Positions 1-7,248 of a DNA stretch of 64,000 nt are shown piece after piece (the first letter of the stretch is position 1; each line of letters starts with the position of its first letter). A program made the position numbers and the translations under genes. A model generated the notes under the pieces. That model made no database searches, was not told the origin of the DNA, and saw nothing but the letters and a program-made list of their open reading frames with translations. This DNA is from Myxococcota bacterium (lineage in GTDB: Bacteria; Myxococcota_A; Polyangia; Nannocystales; Nannocystaceae). The stretch covers positions 64,001 through 128,000 of the forward strand of contig JBCCHT010000022.1 of NCBI GenBank assembly GCA_039028615.1. Direction: 5' to 3'.

Positions 1-347
1 CCCTCGCCGGGTGTGGTGCCCACCAGCAGGGAAAACTCGACCGGGTTCTCTCCTCGGGTCAGCAGCGCGAGGGTCTGGGTCGCGGGCGGCGATGCATCGG
101 GAGACAGCGTGCCGAGCCCGGAGGTCACGGTCAGGGTCTTGTTGGGCGACGTGTCCGCGGGCACGAACACCGCCCAGCGCGTGGTCTGGCCGCCCGCCAC
201 GAGCTCGGGCGCCGCTTGGGCCCGACAGGTCTCGACCTCGGTGGGACAGGCCCCGTCGGGGCAGTAGCACAGCACCAGTTCCCCGCCCGGCACGTCGAGT
301 GGACAGCCGAGGGCCAGCAGCGCCAGCGCGGGGAGCGAGCGTCTCAC
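1..347 (-). CDS. Putative lipoprotein, partial (runs off the window start)
   Basis: Not in the ORF track. Manual translation from GTG at 347 gives MRRSLPALALLALGCPLDVPGGELVLCYCPDGACP... with a lipobox (LALGC) and no stop to position 1. The start overlaps the upstream TGA (GTGA, 344-347). Confidence 0.7.
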   Translation of the reverse strand, partial: MRRSLPALALLALGCPLDVPGGELVLCYCPDGACPTEVETCRAQAAPELVAGGQTTRWAVFVPADTSPNKTLTVTSGLGTLSPDASPPATQTLALLTRGENPVEFSLLVGTTPGE

Positions 348-655
348 GTGGGCAAGCCCCCCAGTCGATACGGCGCCGAGCGGCCCTCGGTGCCGTCCGA
401 GCGAGACTGCGTGGCCACGACCTGCAGCCCCGCCGCCGCCGCGTCGACCTTGCCTCGCCCCAAGATCACGTCGGATGTGGTCGAGGTCCAGGTGGACTCG
501 AACTGCGACAGCGCGTCGGCGTCTTTGGAGGTGTCGCCGTCGAGCGCGAAAACCAACAGGCGACCGCTGGCGGCCTCGCGTTGTACGGCCTTGAGGACGA
601 GCACTTCGAAGTGGCCGTTGCGGGGCGGAGCACGGTGGATCTTCGGGTGGCTCAT
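344..655 (-). CDS. Small hypothetical protein (~103 aa)
   Basis: C-terminal part of ORF 344..874. ATG at 655 (MSHPKIHRAP...) lies 4 nt after the upstream stop, and its own stop overlaps the next start. Confidence 0.6.
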   Translation of the reverse strand: MSHPKIHRAPPRNGHFEVLVLKAVQREAASGRLLVFALDGDTSKDADALSQFESTWTSTTSDVILGRGKVDAAAAGLQVVATQSRSDGTEGRSAPYRLGGLPT

Positions 656-659
656 GGCG

Positions 660-2588
660 TCAGGACGGCGGAGGAGCGGGGGGCGCGGCCGAGGCACTCT
701 GGGCCGGGCCGCGCCAGCGGTTGATCTGGCCGATGATGTCGACGTCGATGGAAATGGACAGATAGGGCGCGGCCTTGAGCTCCCGCCGGTCGGACAGCGG
801 GTTGGGCGACATCTGGGTGAAGTACATGGCTCCCGCCCCGAAGCGCAGGTAGTCGGTGGCTCGGATCCCGACACCGCTGAGCAACACCTGTTGGCGCAGG
901 GCCCCGTCGATGTCGAACTCGTCGTCTTGGATGTCCGGGCGGATGAAGCTGACGCCGCCGACCACCGAGAACCGACGCAGGAAGTTGCGACCCGGACGCT
1001 GTACGACCTGCAGCGGCTCCTCTTTGTCGACCGCCGTGAAGTACAGGTTCAGCCCGAAGTACGCGACCAGCTCCGTCCGCGGGTCACGGTTGGCCACGGG
1101 AAGGATGCCGATGGCAATGCCCGCATCGCCGCTGGCGTAGAGCGGAAAGCGCTGCGCGTAGTTCGGATCGAAGGCAAAGTCGTTCTTCGCCGCCAAGGAC
1201 TCGACGGCGGTCATGCGATCGACCAGATCGGCCACGAACACGCTAGGCGCCCCGTCGGCCCTGGGGGCGAAGTTCTGCACGAACTTCGTGTTCAACGCAT
1301 CGACGTCTCGGGCCGCCGAGGCAGCCAGCTCTACGTTGACCGCGAGGGCGTCCAGCAGCTCGATCCCGGCCGCGTCACGATGGCCCAGGGCATTGCTCAG
1401 CGTCGCGAGCTCGGACCGGAAGGACTGCACGCCCTTGGCCGGATCGAGCGGATGGTTGTCGATGGCGTTGGCGATCGCGACCCGGTAGTCCTGGTCGATG
1501 GTGACGAAGGGCGGCGGATCATCGGGCAAGCGCAGGCGCTCGCCGGCTCCATCGCGTCGATGAAAGACACGATAGAGCACGCTCCCCGGATCGCTGGGCT
1601 TCTTTTTTCGCTGCTGCGCGTTCGCGTTCCACGGCGCGGTGGAGACGAAGTGCGCGTACACCTTGGTCGTGAACAAGACCCGAAGCAGCGCCCGCCGGTC
1701 GTCCCCGGCTTGGGTGATGAGCCTTTTGACCTCGTCGTTGCTCGCGAAGCTCAGCAGGTCGTCTCGGCTCAGCCCCGCCATCGGGTCGAACACGTACACG
1801 CCGTTCAGCGCGAGGATGCCCTGCTTCTGCGCCTCGAGTTCCTCGATGGCCCGGCGCCGCTCGGCGCCGACGGCCAGCCCCTCGCTGAGCTGGAGGAATA
1901 ACGGGCGGTTGGATCGCACCAGGACCTCGAAGGCCTCGGGCAACAGCAGCACCTCGGGCGTATCCGGGATGGCGACCCTCATCGTGGCCAGGCGCGGCGG
2001 CAGCAACGAGGCGAAGGTGTGGCGGATCTCGCAGACCTTGGTCTCCGCCGATTGCCCGGGCGGACACGTGGCCCCGTAGCCGTCCTTCAGCTGCCGCATG
2101 CGTGCGCCCTCGATCGCCTCGCGCAGCGCCTCGGAGACGTCGGCCTTTTCACGGGCATCGAGCGGGCGTGGCTCCGCGCCCGACAGATGAAAGCAGTACT
2201 TCACGCCATAGAGCAGCGGACCCAGCGAGGTCTCGTAGTTCTGCGTCTTGTCCGTGTTCGGGTTGCCGATCGGAGCAAACGAGCGGATGGTGGCCCGCCC
2301 GATCTGTTCGTCCGTGAGCGGCTTGTCGTGTTCGCCGGCCGGACACGTCTCGTTGCGACGCAGCGACCAGTACGACAACGTGAGGCGCGCGCCCGACCGG
2401 GCCCGCGTCTCCACCGTGACCACCCGGCTCGCGTGCTGGGGCAAGGGCCCGCTGAAGCGCCCCGTCTCTGCATCCAGGTACACCTTCGTCGAGGCCGCGG
2501 GCGCAGCCTCGGCCGAGCCGGGCACCGCCGCTCCAGCAGCCAGGGCCAACACGAAAGCGGCCCTTCGGACGTAGTTACGAGAACGCAC
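660..2588 (-). CDS. Secreted hypothetical protein with a beta-strand-rich C-terminus (possible outer-membrane protein)
   Basis: ORF 660..2801, likely start GTG 2588. Signal peptide (RRAAFVLALAAGAAVPGSAEA). The C-terminal ~130 aa have alternating hydrophobic strands (YFGLNLYF, FSVVGGVSF, LRFGAGAMYF, YLSISIDVD). Confidence 0.7.
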   Translation of the reverse strand: MRSRNYVRRAAFVLALAAGAAVPGSAEAAPAASTKVYLDAETGRFSGPLPQHASRVVTVETRARSGARLTLSYWSLRRNETCPAGEHDKPLTDEQIGRATIRSFAPIGNPNTDKTQNYETSLGPLLYGVKYCFHLSGAEPRPLDAREKADVSEALREAIEGARMRQLKDGYGATCPPGQSAETKVCEIRHTFASLLPPRLATMRVAIPDTPEVLLLPEAFEVLVRSNRPLFLQLSEGLAVGAERRRAIEELEAQKQGILALNGVYVFDPMAGLSRDDLLSFASNDEVKRLITQAGDDRRALLRVLFTTKVYAHFVSTAPWNANAQQRKKKPSDPGSVLYRVFHRRDGAGERLRLPDDPPPFVTIDQDYRVAIANAIDNHPLDPAKGVQSFRSELATLSNALGHRDAAGIELLDALAVNVELAASAARDVDALNTKFVQNFAPRADGAPSVFVADLVDRMTAVESLAAKNDFAFDPNYAQRFPLYASGDAGIAIGILPVANRDPRTELVAYFGLNLYFTAVDKEEPLQVVQRPGRNFLRRFSVVGGVSFIRPDIQDDEFDIDGALRQQVLLSGVGIRATDYLRFGAGAMYFTQMSPNPLSDRRELKAAPYLSISIDVDIIGQINRWRGPAQSASAAPPAPPPS

Positions 2589-2684
2589 CAACGATCTGCA
2601 GCGAGCGTATCGCAGGCGCCCAACACGAGACAACGCGCCTCCCTGGTCCATTAAGGCCGCTCTGTTACCCTCTGCGCCTCGATC

Positions 2685-3191
2685 ATGACCGACCCCCGTC
2701 TCGACCTCGTTTCTCAGCTCGCTCCCGTCCTCGATGTGGTCGCCCGTGCACCCCTGGCCGACTGCCACGATCAGGAAGCGGCCGCCCGGCTTCGCAGCCA
2801 ACTCGAGGCCGCCCTACCCACGGCCGGACCCGTCGCCACCGAGATCGGGGCCACCCTGCGTCGGGGCCTGGAGCAGGGATGGTTATGTGACCGCGGGGAA
2901 CCGAAGGCCCGCTTCAGCCGTGTAGCCAAGGCGAGCGAGGACACCCACGACCTCTCCATCGACATCGTCGCCCTCGACGGCCCCGCCCTGCGGCACGGGC
3001 ATCCCCGAGGCGAGATCACTCTCGGTTTTCCCATCGATCCCACCGCCACCGATTCCCGCTTCGACGGCCACGAGGCGGGCTGGGTCGTCATGCCGGTTGC
3101 ATCGGTGCATACCCCTACAGTCACCGGCTCCCCCATGCTGCTGCTGTATTTTCTGCCGGAAGGCGCAATGGACTGGAGCCCAGCCGCCTGA
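2685..3191 (+). CDS. DUF4863 family protein (4-hydroxylaminobenzoate lyase PnbB-like, cupin-type)
   Basis: Family-typical segments GWLC, RFSRV, HGHPRGEI, RFDG, GWVV, HTPTV and LYFLPEGA. Confidence 0.75.
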   Translation: MTDPRLDLVSQLAPVLDVVARAPLADCHDQEAAARLRSQLEAALPTAGPVATEIGATLRRGLEQGWLCDRGEPKARFSRVAKASEDTHDLSIDIVALDGPALRHGHPRGEITLGFPIDPTATDSRFDGHEAGWVVMPVASVHTPTVTGSPMLLLYFLPEGAMDWSPAA

Positions 3192-3381
3192 ACCCGAAGC
3201 CGCGTTCTATGCGCGGTTTCTATGTCCCACGTTCCCTGAAAGCCCCCGGAGGACGGAAGCGTTCCGGGGTCGAACCCCGCGGACACCGGGGTAGGTAGGC
3301 TTCGCGGCCACATCTGCGAGCCCTTTTTCCCCGCGTCCCATCTTGTTACCTTTCCGCTCGACTCTAAGGAGCACGAACTCA

Positions 3382-4113
3382 GTGAAGCTCGCCCGAAACG
3401 TTGTCGCCCCTGCGATCCTCCTTGGCCTCTGCGTCGGTTTTGCCGGCGGCTGCGGCCCCAAGAAACCTCCCGGCACCAACCCTCCCGGAGAGCCTGGCGC
3501 CGAAACCGGCGGTGACGACGGTGGAGCGAGCTCCGATGGCGGAGCGGCCACCGACGGCGGAGAGACCACCGACGGCGGCGGCGCTGCCGAAGGCGGTGCG
3601 CCCACCGACGGCGGTGCCTCAGGTCCGCCCACGTGCGAGGCCAAGGTCGCCGACACCCCCACCCTCTTGTTCAACGACAAGGTCATCTTCCGTCCCCCGC
3701 CGGGGGTCGAATTCGCTCTCGACGGCAACCCGACCTTCGTCCAGGCGGCCATGAGCGGCGGCTTCGTCACCACGTGTGACGCCACCGTCAAGCGCGTGCT
3801 CATCTGGGTGTTCGGCGTCGACAAGAAGAAGAACCAAGCCAAGGTCGTCGACGAGATGATCGAGTCGCTCGAGCCCCAGGGCTACAAGGGCGGCAAGAAG
3901 TCCGCTCCGTTGCTCGACAACGCGACCGACTACCACGTCACCGTCGACTACGGCGGCGGCGGCGGCGGCGAGGCCGTCACGCTCTACGTGGCCGTGGCCC
4001 GCCGTGGCGACACCGACTTCGTCATCATCTACGAAGCCGCGCCCGCCGACGCCAAGGGCCTTCAGCCGACCTTCATGGAGTCGGCCAAGAGCCTCTTCAT
4101 CGTTCCCGACTGA
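3382..4113 (+). CDS. Lipoprotein with a Gly/Thr/Asp-rich linker
   Basis: GTG 3382 follows AAGGAG. Lipobox FAGGC and low-complexity DGG repeats. Confidence 0.8.
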   Translation: MKLARNVVAPAILLGLCVGFAGGCGPKKPPGTNPPGEPGAETGGDDGGASSDGGAATDGGETTDGGGAAEGGAPTDGGASGPPTCEAKVADTPTLLFNDKVIFRPPPGVEFALDGNPTFVQAAMSGGFVTTCDATVKRVLIWVFGVDKKKNQAKVVDEMIESLEPQGYKGGKKSAPLLDNATDYHVTVDYGGGGGGEAVTLYVAVARRGDTDFVIIYEAAPADAKGLQPTFMESAKSLFIVPD

Positions 4114-4136
4114 GCCGACGGCCCAGCCTGCAACGA

Positions 4137-4168
4137 ACACGGCGCAGCCCCTCGGGACTGCGCCGTGT
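4137..4168. terminator. Hairpin between convergent genes (probable terminator)
   Basis: ACACGGCGCAG-N10-CTGCGCCGTGT, an 11-bp perfect stem between the stops at 4113 (+) and 4194 (-). Confidence 0.6.
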
Positions 4169-4193
4169 CTCGTTTCGAAGGCCGGCGCGCGGG

Positions 4194-5072
4194 CTAAAAG
4201 CGCAGCGTCAGCGTGGCCCCGCCGTAGTTCAGGCCCGCGGTGGGCGTGACCTCCAGACGTCGCGCCTTGACGTGCTTGGCGATGCCCACCGCGGTGAACG
4301 CCGCTCCCATGAGCGCGATGGGGATCGAGACCGAGAACGTGGCGATGGCCCCGATCTGGCGGCGCTTGGCCGCCGCCACCCGGTCGGTCTGCTCGACGCG
4401 GTAGGTGGCACGGCCGGCCTCGTCCAGCGCGTTGTTGCGGGCGACCCACAGCGGCGTGCCCACGGCGAAGACCCCCACCACGCCGACCGAGAGCAAGGAG
4501 ATGCCACCTCGCGTCCACTGGCGGGCCTGTTTGCGCGCGGCCACGACCTCGGGATCGACCGGCGGCACGTTGGGTGGCGGCGCGGCGGCGGTGGGCGTGA
4601 CCGGAACGACGGGGGTCGGCGTCGGCGCGATGACCTGCAACCGCCGCAGCTCCGTGTTGATGAGCGCCTGCTGCTGCTGCACCTTGTGGCGCTGCTTCAT
4701 CGCCTCCGCCGAGTAGCCGTAGACCGCCGCGTGATCGACCTGCCACTGTGCGAGCAGTTCGTTGGCCGCCACGAGGTCTTTGGGGTCGTGGGTCTGGTTG
4801 TATTGCGAGACCAGCCGCTGCGCTTGCTGAAAGAGCGTATCGAGCTGGACCACCCGCATGTCGACCGGCACCGTGACCGTTGCGGGGGTGGTGGCCGTCG
4901 TGGGCGCGGGCTGAGCTGCGGGCTGAGCCGCGGGTGCGGTCGTGGTCGTGGTCTGAGCTGCGGGTGCCGGTTGGGGCGCGGGCTGAGCCGCGGGCGCGGG
5001 CTGAGCCGCCACCGAGGTCGCCGGGGCCAGCAACGAGACCGCCGTGAGGAGCGAGTACACGGTGCGTCTCAT
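4194..5072 (-). CDS. Secreted TPR-like protein with AQP repeats, two C-terminal hydrophobic helices and a terminal beta-strand ending in Phe
   Basis: Start ATG 5072 (MRRTVYSLLTAVSLLAPATSVAA), overlapping the upstream stop (ATGA). AQPAPAAQP repeats. C-terminus ...GLNYGGATLTLRF. Confidence 0.75.
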   Translation of the reverse strand: MRRTVYSLLTAVSLLAPATSVAAQPAPAAQPAPQPAPAAQTTTTTAPAAQPAAQPAPTTATTPATVTVPVDMRVVQLDTLFQQAQRLVSQYNQTHDPKDLVAANELLAQWQVDHAAVYGYSAEAMKQRHKVQQQQALINTELRRLQVIAPTPTPVVPVTPTAAAPPPNVPPVDPEVVAARKQARQWTRGGISLLSVGVVGVFAVGTPLWVARNNALDEAGRATYRVEQTDRVAAAKRRQIGAIATFSVSIPIALMGAAFTAVGIAKHVKARRLEVTPTAGLNYGGATLTLRF

Positions 5073-5443
5073 TGCCACCGCTCCACGTCGATGGTCAGCG
5101 ACTCGACGAGCTCTCCGTCGACCTCGATGAGCAGCTGGGTCGTGCCCTCGCTGGTCCCGCTGACCACCCAGGCATCCGCCAGAATCGAGGGGCGCACGAT
5201 GGCCACCGCGGACTCGGCCGCCCGCAGCTCCACCTGCTCCAGGCCCTCGTAGGGGCGCTCGTCGGAGGCCGCGCGAGCGTGAGCCTCGAACACCATCACC
5301 TCGCCCTCGCCCACGATGATCCCGGTGCGATCCACTACCGAGCGCTCCTGGCCGTGGATCTTGAACAACGACACGTGGCCATACTCGGGGGCGCACGAAG
5401 AGCCCAGGCCGACGAGGGCCAGCACGGCGAGGACCTTCTTCAT
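5069..5443 (-). CDS. Small lipoprotein (Ig-like beta-rich)
   Basis: MKKVLAVLALVGLGSSC lipobox, GGAGG RBS, ATGA overlaps on both sides. Confidence 0.75.
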   Translation of the reverse strand: MKKVLAVLALVGLGSSCAPEYGHVSLFKIHGQERSVVDRTGIIVGEGEVMVFEAHARAASDERPYEGLEQVELRAAESAVAIVRPSILADAWVVSGTSEGTTQLLIEVDGELVESLTIDVERWQ

Positions 5444-6357
5444 CGGTCACCTCCCGTCGAGCTTCCGCCTTCGGTGTCGCCACCCTCGCTCGTGCCCGTG
5501 TCGCTGCCCGTATCCGTGCCCGAGTCCCCGGTCCCGTCGGTGTCCATGCCGGTCGAGTCCCCCTCGGTGTCCGGGTCCATCGAACCGGGGCGTGGCCGTC
5601 GGGGCCCCTCGTCGGCCGTGCGGTAGTGAAAGGCGCGAACGATGCCGCCACCCGAGACGGTGAGTTCGAACTCGGTGGGTCGCTTGATGAACAGGTCGAT
5701 CTCGTTGCCGTCGTCGTCCTCGATGACCACGTTGGCCGACGGACGTACGGTCCACTCGTAGTCGATGTCGCCGATGAGCGGCTCCCCGCGGCTGTTGATC
5801 GGCTCCACCCGCAGGCGGGAGGTGAACCCGGGCTGGAACGCGAGGGAGTCGTACGTGGTGCCCGTGGTGTCACAACCTTCGGTATCGCCGTCGCACTCGG
5901 CAAAGGGGTCGGCGGCGGCGAGGCGAAGCTCCAGGTCGGCCACCTCGTGCTGCTCGATGGTGGTGAAGTCGACGACCGCCCCGTTCAATGCCAGCGCGAT
6001 GAGGGTGACCTCGCCCTCGTGCTCCGCCCTCAACCGACCATTGGAAACCGGGGTCGCGCGAGCGGGGCTGGCGATGTCCACCCAGCCCGCGTCCACTTCG
6101 TCCGGCACGCGATTGGCCAGCCGAAACGAGGGCCGATAGGTGGATCCGACCGCCACCCGTGAGGGGAACCGGTCGCCCGCCTCGCACGCGAGGTCACCGT
6201 CACTCACACAAGACCAGCTAAAAAACGCGAGCCCCAAGTCCCCCGACGAATGCTGGGGGCCATTGCCGTCCCCGTCGTCGGTGCACGCCGTCAGCGAGCA
6301 TGCCAAAAGCCCTGCCGTACAGATCTTCTTCCAACCGTATCGAAGCACCATCACCAA
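5440..6357 (-). CDS. Lipoprotein with a beta-rich body and a D/T/G-rich tail
   Basis: Lipobox SLTAC. First gene of a three-gene translationally coupled operon. Confidence 0.75.
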   Translation of the reverse strand: MVMVLRYGWKKICTAGLLACSLTACTDDGDGNGPQHSSGDLGLAFFSWSCVSDGDLACEAGDRFPSRVAVGSTYRPSFRLANRVPDEVDAGWVDIASPARATPVSNGRLRAEHEGEVTLIALALNGAVVDFTTIEQHEVADLELRLAAADPFAECDGDTEGCDTTGTTYDSLAFQPGFTSRLRVEPINSRGEPLIGDIDYEWTVRPSANVVIEDDDGNEIDLFIKRPTEFELTVSGGGIVRAFHYRTADEGPRRPRPGSMDPDTEGDSTGMDTDGTGDSGTDTGSDTGTSEGGDTEGGSSTGGDR

Positions 6358-6425
6358 CTCGTCCGGGCCTCACCATCGTACCCGAGCATCCTCCCAACCA
6401 ACTACCGGAGGATCGAAGTGTTGGT

Positions 6426-6450
6426 CGCACGGGCCCCCGCTTTGGATCCA
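6426..6450 (-). promoter_or_regulatory. Candidate ECF-type promoter, copy 1
   Basis: Minus strand reads TGGATCCAAA-N9-CGTGCG with an upstream A-tract. The same pattern occurs at 11193-11217. Confidence 0.3.
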
Positions 6451-6578
6451 TGCTGGGCCGATCTTTTTCGCCCGCCGCTTCGAGTGCCCCATCCGCGGAC
6501 GCATCGTGATTGCACTACGCGGCGCGGACCCACTTCGTCGTACCTCCACGCTTCGGGGGCACCACCATGATCCCAATG

Positions 6579-7232
6579 TCAGGGCTTCGGCGGATCGAAG
6601 CCCGGCACGAGCTTGCGGAGCGCTCGCATGTGCTCGGCCAAGGACGTATCGGTCGTCTCGGCCATGCCCATCGTTCGCGACAACCGATGCACGGCGGTGC
6701 CGAGCCGCTGCCGGGCCCGACGGATCCGGGTCGCCACCGTGCCCGCGGGAATCTGGAACACCTCGGCAATCTCGCGGGCGGTGAGTTCCTCGTAGTCCTT
6801 CAGCTCGAGGATGAGCTGCTCGTCGAGCGGCAAGCGACGCAGCGCCTCGACCACCACCGACCCCCGCTCGCGCGCCTGCCACTGCGAGCTCAGCGAACGC
6901 GCCTCGGGGGCCACGCACAGCTCGTCGTCGAAGGGCATCGCCGCCCGCTGCGGGCTGCGGTCGCGACGAAAGTGCGCGACCAGCTTCCAGCGTGCAATGC
7001 CCAACAAGTAGGCGCGCACGGACTCGACCTCGCGGAACTTGGAACCGCGTTCGCACAGGGTCTCGAACACGGACTGTGTCAGGTCGCCGCTGGTGTCCGG
7101 ATCGACGCGCGTGTGGAAGAACGTGAACAAGGGTCGATAGTGCCGTTGCACCAACGCCGCCCCGGCGTCACGATCGCCATCCAGCCACGAGGCCAGTAGG
7201 GTTCGATCGTCGACGTTCGGTTGCCGATCCAC
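6579..7232 (-). CDS. ECF RNA polymerase sigma factor (sigma-70 family)
   Basis: Region 2 (ALVQRHY..DLTQSVF..RAYLLGIARWK) and region 4 (ALRRLP..ILELKDYEELTAREIAEVFQIPAGTVATRIRRARQRL). Confidence 0.92.
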   Translation of the reverse strand: MDRQPNVDDRTLLASWLDGDRDAGAALVQRHYRPLFTFFHTRVDPDTSGDLTQSVFETLCERGSKFREVESVRAYLLGIARWKLVAHFRRDRSPQRAAMPFDDELCVAPEARSLSSQWQARERGSVVVEALRRLPLDEQLILELKDYEELTAREIAEVFQIPAGTVATRIRRARQRLGTAVHRLSRTMGMAETTDTSLAEHMRALRKLVPGFDPPKP

Positions 7233-7248
7233 GAATCACCAGCCTAGC

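Noticed and set aside
3195..3340. Several hairpins suggesting SRP RNA, 6S RNA or a riboswitch
   Set aside because: No diagnostic motif was recognised. The first hairpin is explained as a terminator and the others are plausible by chance at this GC content.
4900..5010. GGCTGAGC-type tandem repeats
   Set aside because: They encode the AQPA low-complexity linker and are not an independent element.
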